64,000 bases of DNA, taken from the NCBI RefSeq assembly GCF_009914755.1, contig NC_060940.1. One strand, given 5' to 3'. Origin of the DNA: the human T2T-CHM13v2.0 reference genome, Homo sapiens. The position numbers and the translations under genes were made by a program. The notes under the pieces were generated by a model. The model ran no database searches and was not told where the DNA came from. It was given only the letters and a program-made list of their open reading frames with translations. Every line of letters starts with the position of its first letter. Position 1 is the first letter of the stretch. Of this stretch, positions 1 through 16,068 are shown piece after piece.

Positions 1-1484
1 CCCTGTATTTGAAATTCAGAACTCAAGCTTGGCTCTAAGTGTTTCCTTGCTTTGCTGTGCTCCAGGGGAGTCACTGAGCAGAAGGAAGCGAGTTGCCTGA
101 GATTCTTCAAAGCCTGCAGCCCTTTTGGAGGTTACATTTTTATTCTCAGAGCCTTTACGATGCATAATAAAGACCTAGCTTGGACCAATAATTGGATGAG
201 TTATCTTGCTATTAACATTCTTTTAGGAAGAAGTTGCTGGTCCCATCTTGCTCACAATCCTCCAAAGTTTGAAAGTTATTTTCCAGGAGACTTAGCTTGC
301 ACTGAGAGCTGCCCTCCCACCCTCTCTCCAAATTTCCTCTTGGGAGTAGCCTAACAAGGTGCTGTCACAGACCCTTGCCAGCCACGATGACCCCACCCAG
401 ACCATCCCTCTGCTGTTTCACTCTTTGATACTCTCTGGAGCTCTCTGGGGAGGGGTGAGACCTGCCGTCTGGTTTGTATGGTTTGCCCAGGTCTGGCAGT
501 CATGGCTGGCTGCCTCTCTCTGAGAACTGAGACTCCTGAACTTGGTGAAATACCTCAGTCATCGATCGTGTTGAATTATCGGGGACAGTCATTTAAAATC
601 CGAGCCTGTTCCAGATGGACTCTCTCTGTTTCTGCCCTGAACGTGAGAGAAGCCCTGCTGGACGGTGGAGATGCTCGTGGGTTGTGAGCAAGGGATGGAA
701 AGGCTGCCGGGAATCCCATCTTTCCAGCATCATCTGCCAAGGCACATCAGTTCCTGGGTATCTTGATGGGTTCTGGCAGCATTACTGTCATTGAAGGAAA
801 AATTTTAGCCATATTAAAGGTGAATGCAGCATTCCCCACACAGGCTGCCTGGAAGGGAGGCGGGACAAGGGTAGGTTTTCCCTGTGACGGACAGGAGGCA
901 GGCGGCCCTCCCACAGCCCTGGTGGCAATGCAGATGTGTCCCCAAAGGTACTGGGGGCCAGCTGGAGTGCTGTGCCGAGGCGGGCTCACCCGGGCCGTGG
1001 GTTCGCTCTGATTGCAGCGGTTTCCCACCAGCTCTTTGGAGAGCTGGCAGATGGCCCAGCCCCACCGCAGGAGCCACGAATGGCAGAACAAGATACAACA
1101 ATTTGATATCCACTTGCCAGACGAGCTGGGTGTCGTCAGTCGCCTGGCTCTGTGCCCAACCTCTTTTTGCATAAACACTTATGAGTTCAGCCAGGAGGAA
1201 AAGCACTCTGATTATGAATTGAGCAGAAGGAAACAAAGTTTTGCAGATAAACACCAATGAGACAAAAAACCACGAATAAGAAAAATGACAGAAAAGGAGA
1301 ACCTTCCCAGAAGCCTCCTGCCAGTGAACGGCCACCAGAGCAAGAGCATGGAGGCCCTGGGTTTTGAACTGTGAGATAAGGAAGATGATGAAAACCTCCC
1401 TAGCAGCCAGACAAGCACAAGATTCCTGTGAAATCCAGGTCTAAGTGTTTTGACCACAGAAGTAATATTATGTCATAGGTGAGA

Positions 1485-1692
1485 GCTGTGAGTTGCTGAA
1501 CCCAAAGTGAGTTCAAATCCGGGTTCTGCCTCCTGCAACCTGTGTGACTTTGAGAAGTTCCAGCACCGCTTTCTGCCTCAGTTTTCTCATCTGTTAAATG
1601 GGCATAATCACAGCTCCCGCCTCAGAGTTGTTGTAAATTAATACATGTAAAGCACTGAAATCAGCCTGGTATACAGTAAGTGTTATGAACGT
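1485..1692 (+). mobile_element. MIR SINE
   Basis: MIR core: gttcaaatcc...tgtgtgactttg...cctcagttttctcatctgttaaatggg...gtaaagcact. Confidence 0.85.
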
Positions 1693-1842
1693 TATTTTCT
1701 TGGAAGGACAGAAGTTATTTTCATGGTCTAAGCCTGAAAATCTAAAAAATGTGAGAGAAGAGGAAAGAATCTAGAGTGTCACCATGAGGGGGAAAAGTCC
1801 ACTTGAAGCAGGACAGGGTCATTGACAATTTCCTGTGATTCT

Positions 1843-2368
<526 letters not shown>

Positions 2369-2379
2369 ATAGTCTATTG

Positions 2380-3284
<905 letters not shown>

Positions 3285-3299
3285 AGATGGACTTTTTTT

Positions 3300-3480
3300 G
3301 AGCATTTACTTCCAAGCACTTTCCCTGCACTTTCTCAGTTAATCCTCCCAGTGACTCTTTGAAGCAGGGACTGTGACAATCTTCATTTCACAGATGGAGC
3401 AACTCAGGCACAGAGAGCAAGTCATTGGCCACGGTCACCCAGCTGAGGAAGGATGGAGCCGGCTGAGATCCTGTTCTGGG
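3300..3480 (-). mobile_element. MIR
   Basis: catttcacagatggagcaactcaggcacagagag...ggtcacccagct. Confidence 0.7.
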
Positions 3481-3989
3481 GATCTAACTCTGCAGCCTGC
3501 ATTCTGGGCTGCTGTATTCTGCCATGTGCTATCTGACGAGCACAGCATGGGCTCAGAGTACAGAGAGGAGGAACCAGGTAATAAGGAGAGGTCTGGGGCA
3601 AAGGCTGGTGCCTTGGGGAAGAAGAGAGAGGCCCCATTCTAAAGGGAAGCCATTGGAAGCTCATAGTGATAAAGCAAAGCCAACAGGTTTTGGGGCTGGG
3701 AGTTAAACACACAGCTCTGGTTTCTGCCTTTTCACAGTGGTGATGAATGGGCACTGAGAGCCTCTCAAGCTAAAGTTGTCGTCACTGCTCTTCATAGTCT
3801 GAAGGTGCATGAAATGGTCAACTTTCTTCCAAAGGGCTTTTATGCCTAAGTCTGTGGTTAGTGTATAAACAGATATTTACTGAAGTCCTGCTGGGTGCGG
3901 ACACTGTGGCCAGCCCTGAGGCTGCAGTCAAGATGAAGCCCGTCTCTGTCCTCATGGAGACCTGTCTATTGATAAGAAAAGTGAAAGCT

Positions 3990-4150
3990 CACTGAGCATT
4001 GACCCTGTGCCCACTGCTTTTGATGCATCTCTCACTTAATCCTTCTATCAAATCTGTGAAATATATAAAAAACACCACCATCATCCCTATTTCACATTTA
4101 GGGAAACAAATGCTTAGACAGGGTAAGTAACTTGGTCAAGGTCGCACAGC
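3990..4150 (-). mobile_element. MIR
   Basis: gcttagacagggtaagtaacttggtcaaggtcgcacagc. Confidence 0.65.
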
Positions 4151-4220
4151 TTCGAACTCTCATCCCACCGGCGCAGGAATGAGAGGCAGCAGCCGGGGAA
4201 GCCAGGGTCTCCGGCAGTCC

Positions 4221-4365
4221 TTGTCTCTGGGCGGTGATCCAGAGAGAGAGAGAACACGACTGTCTCAGCACTGGGTCTTCTTCTGAGTCTTGAAGGAGCA
4301 CTTCCAGAGCGTCTCAGTGTTAAACATCATGTTGTGAATGACTCCGTGAGCTCTGACCCAGTAAC
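4221..4365 (-). pseudogene. ENPP7P: ENPP7-like pseudo-exon 2
   Basis: Acceptor cctcccctcctttatccccaag, then (G)YWVRAHGVIHNMMFNTETLWKCSFKTQKKTQC*DSRVL, frameshift in (CT)6, LWITAQRQ. Recalled ENPP7: GKYIENHGVVHNMYYNTT...WWDNGSVPIWITAQRQ. The donor position reads GG. Confidence 0.92.
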
Positions 4366-4671
4366 CTTGGGGATAAAGGAGGGGAGGTACGGATAAGCTC
4401 TTTGAATGGATGTTGCCGGGGTGTCAGGGTTCTTTGAGGGCACAGACTATGTGTCACAAAGAAAGAGCCCAGTGCCTTTTCTCATTGCTCAAGAGATTGA
4501 AGGGGTAGGAAGAAAAGATGTTAAGTTATAAACATGTTTCAGTTTTGGTACCAGTTGAACCAATTACATTTTGAAGAGGAAAGAGTCTTGCCTACAAAGT
4601 CAGCCCCCGGGTTTTCCTTCTGCTTATGGAATCCAGGCAATGGGCAAAGAGAAAAAGAAAACTAAGGAATC

Positions 4672-4966
4672 AGCCAGGTGCAGTGGCTCATGCTTGTGAT
4701 CTTGGCACTTTGGGAAGCTGAGGCAGGTGGACTTCTTGAGTCCGGGAGTTCAAGACCAGCCTGGCCGACATAGTGAGACCCCGTTTCTACAAAAAATACA
4801 AAAAGTTGCTGAGCATGGTGGCATGCACCCGTAGTCCCAGTTACTTGGGAGGCTGACGTGGGACAACTACTTCATCCCAGAGGTTGAGGCTGCAGTGAGC
4901 CATGATCATGCCACTATACTCCAGCCTGGGTGACAGAGTGAGGCCCTGTCTCAAAAGAAAACAAAA
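4672..4966 (+). mobile_element. AluJ
   Basis: Diverged full Alu whose tail is interrupted by a younger Alu. Confidence 0.9.
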
Positions 4967-5270
4967 GGCCGGGCGCGGTGGCTCACGCCTGTAATCCCAG
5001 CACTTTGGGAGGCCGAGGCGGGTGGATCACGAGGTCAGGAGATCGAGACCATCCTGGCTAACACGGTGAAACCCCGTCTCTACTAAAAAATACAAAAAAT
5101 TAGCTGGGCGAGGTGGCGGGCGCCTGTAGTCCCAGCTACTCGGGAGGCTGAGGCAGGAGAATGGCGTGAACCCCAGGGGGCAGAGCCTGCAGTGAGCCGA
5201 GATTGCGCCACTGCACTCCAGCCTGGGCGACAGCGAGACTCCGTCTCAAAAAAAAAAAAAAAAAAAAAAA
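4967..5270 (+). mobile_element. AluYe5-type young Alu
   Basis: Diagnostics gggcgAggtgg, aaccccaggggg, gagcCtgc, cgacagcgag (2-bp deletion); A23 tail; TSD aaaagaaaacaaaa. Confidence 0.85.
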
Positions 5271-5430
5271 GAAAACAAAAAAGAAAAACAAAACTAGGGA
5301 ATCTAGACAGAGTAAGTTTATATATATAATAAAGAACTGAGATAGAACTGGGTTGACTGAGTAATTATTTGAATTGCTTTTGACTGAATTTTTCTTATTG
5401 GAGTCTACCTTTGTTTGTGTGTGTGTGTGG

Positions 5431-5760
5431 TTTTTTTTTTTTTTTTTGGTTTAGTTTTGTCTTTGTGTTTTTTTGAGACTGGGCCTTGCTCTGTTGCGTA
5501 GGCTGCTGGAGAGTGGTGGCGTGATCTCAGCTTACTGCAACCTCTGCTCCTGGGTTCCAGCAATTCTTCTGCCTCAGCCTCCCAAATAGCTGGGACTACT
5601 GAGCATGTACCATCAAGCCCAGCTAATTTTTGTGTTTTTAGTAGAGATGGGGTTTCACCATGTTGGCCAGGCCTGGTCTTGAACTCCTGGGCTCAAGTGA
5701 TCTGTCTGCCTCGGCCTCCTAAAGTGCTGGGATTACAGGTGTGAGTCCCTGTGCCCAGCT
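5431..5760 (-). mobile_element. Alu
   Basis: Full antisense Alu with T-rich tail, preceded by short (GT)n. Confidence 0.92.
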
Positions 5761-6286
5761 AGAGTGCACCTTTCTTTGAATTCGCTGCAGTGCAAAGACT
5801 GGGACATGTGGAACTCCAGGTGTATATGGGTTACATAGAGATGCTAGGGGCTGATTAAGGAAGGAAAGATATGAGAAGCCTGCAGAACATGCTTTCCCAG
5901 ACTGTATGGGCCCTGGGAAAGGAGAAGTGGACAGAAAGGGAACACTGGATGCCCTGGAAGAGAAGATTCATCCAAGTCATCAGGGAAGTTACTAATGCAA
6001 GGGAAGAAATGCAGAGACAGAGCCAAACACGCTTCTTCCAAGTCCTTTCTGTGCGCTCTGTCACCTCTATGCTTATTTTTCTTCTTTCCTCTAAGTAGTG
6101 TCATGCGTTTTCTTCCCATTCCTAGTCACTCGTAATCAACTAACTCCTCTCTTTACCATCTTTTCATCAGAACTTGAAACCTCCTCTCCTTCATATATTA
6201 GTGATCATGTTTCTCCATAATACAGCTAGAAACAAGAATTGAAACCTGGAAAACCTGCATTTGAGTACCAGATCTGCCTCTGCTAG

Positions 6287-6481
<195 letters not shown>

Positions 6482-6600
6482 TAATGTTTATTTATTTATT
6501 TTTGTTTACTTATTTGTTTTTGTAGAGATGGGGTATTGCTATGTTGCACAGGCTGGTCTCAAACTTGTGGGCTCAAGTGATCCTCCTGCCTTGGCGTCTC

Positions 6601-7623
6601 AGATAAAATGGGAAAAGTTCCCTTGTCCCCCTCGAAGGGAATGCGATGGGGGTGTGGTTCACTTCATCAGTGCCCCACTGCTCAAACCTCTAGGGGAGCA
6701 CACAGACAGGCAGGGAGCCCCATGGCAGTGTCTAGGGGTGAATGTTTATAGTTGAAGCCCCAGTGGGCGCGTGTTACAGGGTGCTCTTTTAGTTTAGCCA
6801 TCTGTAGGTAGCTTGTGTTAGTAGGCTCAATTAGACCCCCGCCTTATTGCAAGGACAGAGGCTCTCTTTGTCCCGGAGTTCTTGCCTTGGTGTACGGGAA
6901 GTAGTGCAATCTGAGCTCACTGCAAGCTCCGCCTCTCAGGTTCACGCCATTCTCCTGCCTCAGCCTCCCGAGTGGCTGGGACTACAGGCACCCGCCACCA
7001 CGCCCAGCTAATTTTTTTGTATTTTTAGTAGAGATGGGGTTTCACCGTGTTAGCCAGGATGGTCTCGATCTTCTGACCTCGTGATCCGCCCGCCTCGGCC
7101 TCCCAAAGTGCTGGGATTACAAGCATGAGAGTGCAAGGTTTTATTGAGTGGAAGTAGCTCTCAGCAGATGGGGGAGCCAGAAGGAAGATGGTTTTCCCCT
7201 GGAGTCGGGCGAGTGGCCCGACTCTTCTCTGACTGTCCCAGCCAAACTCTGGGTTGTTCTGCCAGTCAGTGGCCTGCGGTGTGCCGGTGCCCATTGGTGC
7301 GTTCCTCTTGACGTGCAGCGCACATGTGTTCCTCTGCTGATGTGCTCCTCTTGAAGTCCAGCCGCCTGTGTGTCTGCCTGCTGGGGTGTCAGGGTTTTTA
7401 TAGGTGCAGAATGGGGGTGTGGCAGCCAGGGTGGTCTTGGGAAATGCAACATTTGGGCAGGAAAACAAAAATGCCTGTCCTCACCTAGGTCCGTGGGCAA
7501 AGGCCCTGGGGTGGAGCACTAGCCAGCGACCACACCCTCCTCTACCCAGTACTTCCCTTTCTCACTTCCATATCATTTAAAGGGACCACATTCTTCCCTT
7601 CCGAGCACTTCCCTTCTGTATCA
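6601..7623 (-). mobile_element. ERV1 solo LTR, LTR1-like
   Basis: Minus strand begins TGATACAGAAGGGAAGTGCT; TATAAAAA and AATAAA on the minus strand. Confidence 0.7.
6900..7129 (-). mobile_element. AluY fragment lacking both ends
   Basis: AluY diagnostics (gcaagctccgcc, ttcacgccattc, gttagccaggatgg); no poly(A), no TSD. Confidence 0.85.
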
Positions 7624-7846
7624 CAAAGTGCTGGGATTATAGGCATGAGCCACTGGTCCCAGCCAATTCCGTTCTTTTAATGCAAACTAGAAAACAGGTG
7701 TTCAGAAAGGCCTGCCCTATCCATCTCAGGGAGTTGCTATGAAGATCAAATTAGATCATGTGCAACAGAAGTTCAGAAAAGATTCCAAAAGCACTGCACA
7801 ATGGGAATGTATTTTGAAACTCCACTGAGTGGACTTAAAACTATGG

Positions 7847-8173
7847 TTTTTTTCTTTCTTTTTTTTTGTTTGAGACAGAGTTTCACTCTTGTTGCCTAGG
7901 CTGGAGTACAGTGACGCCATCTTGGCTCACTGCAACCTCCACCTCCCCGGTTTAAGTGATTCTCTGCCTCAGCCTCCCGAGTAGCTGGGATTGCAGGCGC
8001 CCGCCACCATGCCTGGATAATTTCTTTCTTTCTTTTTTTTTTTTTGTCTTTTTAGTAGAGATGGGGGTTTCACAGTGTTGGCCAGGCTGGTCTCGAACTC
8101 CTGACCTTAGGTGATCCACCCACCTTGGCCTCCCAGAGTGCTCGGATTAAGGCTTGAGCCACCGCACCCAACC
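7847..8173 (-). mobile_element. AluS
   Basis: Full antisense Alu. Confidence 0.93.
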
Positions 8174-8337
8174 TGTGTTTCTTTTTTAAGCAAGAAAACA
8201 AATGCCTCTCCCCAGCACTCACTAAACCAATCCCTCTTTTTTTTTTTCCATAGGATTCTTATCCTTCTTGCCCCAGTTCAAACAATCTATTTTCTTTTGG
8301 CCCTTCTGTCCATCTGTGAAAGGGTCAGGCTTTCTAG

Positions 8338-9435
<1,098 letters not shown>

Positions 9436-9829
9436 TAGCAAAAGGCAGGGCATCCTCATTTTCTTCCCTACCTCAGAAATAAGGAAGTTAACTTCAATCC
9501 CTCGGAGAGAGAGAGAGGCTTCCTGAGCTTCCAACAATCAATTATCCAAATATTAGTCGCAGACGAGCACTAAGGGTTGCGCACAGCACGTGGCCAGCCC
9601 GTTCTCAGAGTCTGTCAAGTTTAAGGTGAACGCTAATCCTGAATGAGTTTTAAAATATATTTGGCATTTCCTCGTCACTGTAAAATGTTCTCACATCATG
9701 ATGGCTGGGGCTTCCCTCTCAAGTGTAATCTGTGAAGTCAGATGTGACACAGCCTGGGTGAGGTGGGCCAAGCTGGGAACTGGGTTAGGAGGGAAGCTGG
9801 GGAATGAGCTCCAAGGTCTCAGATCCCAA

Positions 9830-10480
<651 letters not shown>

Positions 10481-11207
10481 AGGCACAGTTGAATGGGGGA
10501 GCAGTGAGGTGGTGTGGGCTGGCCGGCCAGAACGCAGGGGTGGGGCAGTAGGAACCAGCACTGCAGAGGCCATGAGGGCTGGGAAGCATAGTGTCTGGGG
10601 CCCATAACAATGCTTGGACATGAATGCTTTAGACCTAAGACAATTGGCTCCTAAATGTGAAAACTGCAAGGCTGAAATGAATGCATGTTTAATGCTTTGC
10701 AACATTGTCAAGTGGTCAGCTGCAACTCCGTTCTGAGGGCGTGATGCCTGAGAGATGCCTGTCATGGGGGTTGATTTTAATGAATTTAACATGGTGTGGA
10801 GTGGGCCCTTCAAGAGTGAAAATGTCAGTTCTAAGTTGGTTGCGGGGGTTTGGGCAAAGGTCTTAAAACCCCATGGTGAGCAGATGGCCAATCCTAAACA
10901 CCCCAATTTTAAAACAGGGCCTTTTTTCCAAGAGGCGTTTTGAAAATAGCTCCTATTTTGAGGGGAGGAACTCTGGCGGGCGAGAGCCAGGGTTAAGCCC
11001 AGCTGAGAGGGCAGGCAGGGCTGCCTGGTCCTCACTGAAACTTGCTACTCAGGGTGAGCTTCCTAAAGCAATGCACATTTGCTGGCCGACTGAGCCTGCC
11101 AGATGAGAACCTGCATTTCAACAAGGTCCTCAGTGCAGCAAAGTTTGAGATATACTGGGCTAGAACACCCAGGGGACACAAAGGTTCTCTGAAAACTAAG
11201 GAAAATA

Positions 11208-11525
11208 GGCAGGGTGTGGTGGCTCACACCTGTAATCCTTGTATTTTGGGATGCCACGGTGGGTGGATCACTTGAGGTCAGGAGCTCGAGACCAGCCTGG
11301 CCCAACATGGTGAAACACCATCTCTACAAAAGATACAAAAATTAGCCAGGTGCAGTGGCAGGTACCTGTAGTCCCAGCTACTCGGGGGGCTGAGACAGGA
11401 CAATCACTTTAACCCGGGAGGCGGAAGTTGCAGTGGACCGAGATCGCACTGCTGCACTCCAGTCTGGTGACAGAGTGAGACTCCATCTAAAAATAAATAA
11501 ATAAATAAATAAAAAATAAAAATAA
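11208..11525 (+). mobile_element. AluS with (TAAA)n tail and a 56-bp flanking duplication
   Basis: Full Alu; flanks 11152-11207 and 11526-11581 match at 50/56 positions. Confidence 0.93.
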
Positions 11526-11665
11526 ATACTGGGCTAGAAGACCCAGGAGACCCAAAGATTCTATCAAAACTAAGGAAAATAATCCAGGTCACAAATATAT
11601 TCTCTTTCTCCTTCTCCCCATCGCCCCCCTCCGCCAGTAATCTTTATAGACTCAAATAGAGTTGA

Positions 11666-11986
<321 letters not shown>

Positions 11987-12405
11987 TGATAATGAACCCC
12001 TCTGTGCCTATCACCAGCCTCAGCCACCATTATCTCATTACCAAGCTGGGTTATTTTGAAGCAAATATCTTCTAATATTTAGCCAGGGTTCAAATTTCCC
12101 CAACCATTCTAAATGAGTGTTTAGAGTAGTTGTTTTATTGGAAACAAGGTCAAAACAAGGACATTTTATGTTTTTAGATCAGTCTTGAAAGTAAGTGTAA
12201 AACCATATGTGGGGGAGGAGGTGGGACTAGCCTCTCAAGGCAGGGCCTGGATACCAGACCCAACTGAGGACTAGCTAAGACAGATTCCATAATGAATAAT
12301 ACCAGGAGGTGGGAACATTAAGGTCCATTGCGAAGGTTGGCTACCACAATTATTTGATCAACTAGTTATCAACCCTGACTGCAGCTGAGAGAGATTTGTT
12401 TTTGC

Positions 12406-12545
12406 TTTTTTTTTTTTTTTTTTTTTTTCAGAGACAGGGTCTTGCTATGTTGCCCAGGCTGGACTCAAACTCCTGGGCTCAAGTGATTCTTCTGCCTCAA
12501 CCTCCCGAGTAGCTGAGACTACAGGTGTGTGCCACTGTGCCCAGC
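12406..12545 (-). mobile_element. Alu monomer (FLAM-like)
   Basis: Single arm with poly(T). Confidence 0.85.
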
Positions 12546-13375
12546 AAGATTTTAAAAAATACGTATGCCCGGACACCACTCTAAACCAACTAAATCAGAA
12601 TCGGTTATAGTGAAGTCATTAATCATTTTGCTCCTGGGTCTTTATGACAGTTTTGCTCCTGGGAAACTCCTGGGTATGTGGTAGAGAGAGATAAAGAGAT
12701 GGGAAAATAAGATTTTAAGAAGTGTTGCTATGCATTTTGAAAATAATTTTTCTTTGGTGTTTGTCTTGAGGGACGGCGGTAAACATTTCAATTGCCTTTA
12801 AGTATGTTTGGATGCTGGAATGATGGTTTTTTGAGTGCAGCATCGAACTGGGATCGGGCCACATGGCAGCCAGCGTGAGGCTTTATGCCACATTTATAAA
12901 ACATGAATGTCATGAGCCCACTCTCAGGGACCTTACAATTTGGAGGGTTAGGTCAGATCCACAAATCTCTTGTATCTCATGGTAAAGGAAACCTGGCGTG
13001 TAGCAGGAGGTGGTGTGATAACCATAACATATTGCATGATCAATATTTGTATTCTTCTTAGCAATATCAAACTTTTTGACCCCCTCCATTGTGTCATCAA
13101 TTTGCTTAACACAGTTACTGCCTCAGCGTTGGTTTTTAGGCCTGGCATAAGCTGTTTGAAACCCAGGCACGTATCCCGCCCGTCGTCTTTGGCCTAGTTA
13201 ACACCTCCCCTCCCTGCGTGGTGGTTTGGAGAACCTGCTTGTTCCTCATCCCACTGATCCCAAACCCATGACGCCCCACAGCTGCTGACCGTGATTAAAC
13301 CTAATGGAGATTCAATGCCTTTCTTTTGATTCTCAGGAACCGATGTTCATTCATTTCTTAAATACTTGCAGAGTC

Positions 13376-13678
13376 GGCCAGGCATGGTGGCTCATGCCTG
13401 TAATCCCAGCACTTGGGGAGGCCGAGGTGGGTGAATCATGAGGACAGGAGTTCGAGACCAGCCTGGCCAATATGGTGAAACCCCATCTCTACTAAAAATA
13501 CAAAAATTAACTGGTTTGGCGGTGTGTGCCTGTAATCCCAGCTACTCAGGAGGCTGAGGCAGGGGAGTCGCTTGAACCTGGGTGGTGGAAGTTGCAGTGA
13601 GCCAAGATTATGCCATTGCCCTCCAGCCTGGGCAGCAGAGTGAGACTCTGTCTCAAAAACAAACAAAAAACCCAAAAA
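13376..13678 (+). mobile_element. AluS
   Basis: Full Alu; flanking acttgcagagt on both sides. Confidence 0.95.
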
Positions 13679-13976
13679 CTTGCAGAGTGAATTTAGGAAA
13701 CCATGAAGTCCAGAGTTTGATGCAATCCCTTCCTTTTTCTCTTTCTCAAATATTTTGAGCCAGGTACTATCCTCAATTGTCCTGTGATATTTACAATCTA
13801 GAAGGCAGGAGAGAGAACTAAGAACAGAGAGCATGTTCTGAGATGTCTGCTGTGTTTGCAGGTACCTTCCCTCAATTTCCCTACTCACTGGCCATGCTGG
13901 AAAGCAGGTCTTGGCGCCATATTTGTGCCATGGTTCTCCCCCTCCCTGTACTCAATTGGTTGGCCAGAAGCCCAAT

Positions 13977-14060
13977 TCTCTCTCTCTCTCTCCGCCTCTC
14001 TCTTTCCCTCTCTCCCTCCCTCCCTGTCTCTGTCTTTCTTTCTCTCTCTCCCTCTCCTTC
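13977..14060. repeat. CT-rich simple repeat
   Basis: Imperfect (CT)n/(CCCT)n tract. Confidence 0.9.
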
Positions 14061-14207
14061 TACCAAGACATCCAGTTACTAACAGATCAGCTGGTGGTGG
14101 GCTCTGCTGGCTGCCATGATGGGCCACCAGCAAAAAGGGAAAATTGGTTGTGAGTGAGAGAAGCAGAGATAAGAAAGTCCACAGGGCTGTTAAGAAAGAC
14201 CAGGGGC

Positions 14208-14538
14208 GGCTGGGCACGGTGGCTCACGCCTGTAATCCCAGCACTTTGGGAGGCCAAGATGGGCAGATCACGAAGTCAGGAGATCGAGACCATCCTGGCT
14301 CACACAGTGAAACCCCCATGTCTACTAAAAATACAAAAAATTAGCCAGGCGTGGTGGTGGGTGCCTGTAGTCCCAGCTACTTGGGAGGCTGAGGTGGGAG
14401 GATGGCATGAACCCTGGGAGGTGGAGCTTGCAGTGAGCCGAGATCATTGCACCACTGCACTCCAGCCTGGGTGACAGAGCGAGACTGTGTCTCAAAAAAA
14501 ATAAAATAAAATAAAAAAATAAATAAATAAATAAATAA
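14208..14538 (+). mobile_element. AluY-like
   Basis: gagatcgagaccatcctggct; (TAAA)n tail. Confidence 0.92.
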
Positions 14539-15084
14539 GACCATGGGCTTCTGAGAGTCAGAAAGAGGAATTTTGGTTTCTGTAACTGCAGTTTCCATTC
14601 TCTCATGGCCTCTCATTTGTTTCCCATGCCCATGAGTTTGCCTGTTAGAGATAAGGTGTGCTCCTTTCCCTCCAGCTCATGCAAATGGGTTTCTGTTTCT
14701 TACAATCATTGTTCCCAGGTACGGATGGTGACTTATGCTCTACTAAATGCTGAAAAAAAGCAGAGCGGAAGCACAGAAAAGAGGGCTTCTCTAAGGAGGT
14801 GACATTACAGCCCAGTTGGAAGGCAGGAGTAAATGTGCACCATGATTTTTTAGGATTAAAACCAAGTGTCTCACTGCTTGGGCACATGTAGATAGAGGTG
14901 ATTTAACAGTAAACTATCCCCGTTGTACCCATTGTCAGTTACCTCACCACAGGGATTATGTAGCCCTGAGTTTGCTTAGTGCTTATTTATTTTAGGTTGT
15001 TGTTTATCCAAACCTCTTAAATGATATGCACTTGGAACAAGTGACAGCATTGTTCATTGATGATGTGGACAAACCACTGTTTAT

Positions 15085-15215
15085 TTTATTACTCAAAACT
15101 GGGTAAATTATAAAGAAAAAGAGGTTTAATGGGCTCATAGTTCCATGTGGCTGAAGAAGCCTCAAAATCATGGTGGAAGGCAAAAGGCACGTCTTACATG
15201 GTGGCAGACAAGGGT
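15085..15215 (-). mobile_element. THE1/MST MaLR LTR fragment
   Basis: actgggtaaattataaagaaaaagaggtttaatgg...atcatggtggaaggc. Confidence 0.75.
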
Positions 15216-15321
15216 GATGAGAGCTATTTTGGTCATTGTTCGCTGGCCATAGAATTTACTTCTATATTTTGAACTAACACGAGAGCCAGGCACACAAGAT
15301 GGTTACAGGTCTGTCTTTTGT

Positions 15322-15324
<3 letters not shown>

Positions 15325-15363
<39 letters not shown>
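15325..15363. repeat. (TGA)13 microsatellite
   Basis: Perfect trinucleotide run. Confidence 0.97.
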
Positions 15364-15364
<1 letters not shown>

Positions 15365-15654
15365 ATGGCTGACATGGTTCATGACTTGCTTTTTCTCATC
15401 ATCTCAGACCTAGATTTTTGGCTGGACTATTGGCTTGGGATAGATGAAAATCATTCCTTGTATCCCCTGATCTTAAAGTCAAGACTGAAGCAGCCTCCAG
15501 ATGCATGCCTTCATGGGGCTTCAGATACCATGAGGAATGGGCATCCCTGCAATATTGTCATGGCTGTCAAAATTGTTATTGGAGCTGGGCAAGTGGGCGC
15601 TCTCCTGCCATTCCATCCTGCTTAGATTTCCCATTCAACACCAATCTTATTTCC

Positions 15655-16068
<414 letters not shown>

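Noticed and set aside
763-1260. Two in-frame 82-aa ORFs separated by one TGA (possible readthrough or selenocysteine)
   Set aside because: No recognisable protein similarity, non-ATG starts and further stops downstream; consistent with chance in GC-rich DNA.
4098-4220. ORF continuation GLPETLASP after WITAQRQ, suggesting a processed exon 2-3 junction
   Set aside because: Similarity stops after GL and the sequence runs into a MIR; better explained as a mutated donor (GT>GG) followed by intron.
15299-15625. 108-aa ORF with a poly-Asp tract
   Set aside because: The acidic run is just the (TGA)13 microsatellite; no other coding signal.
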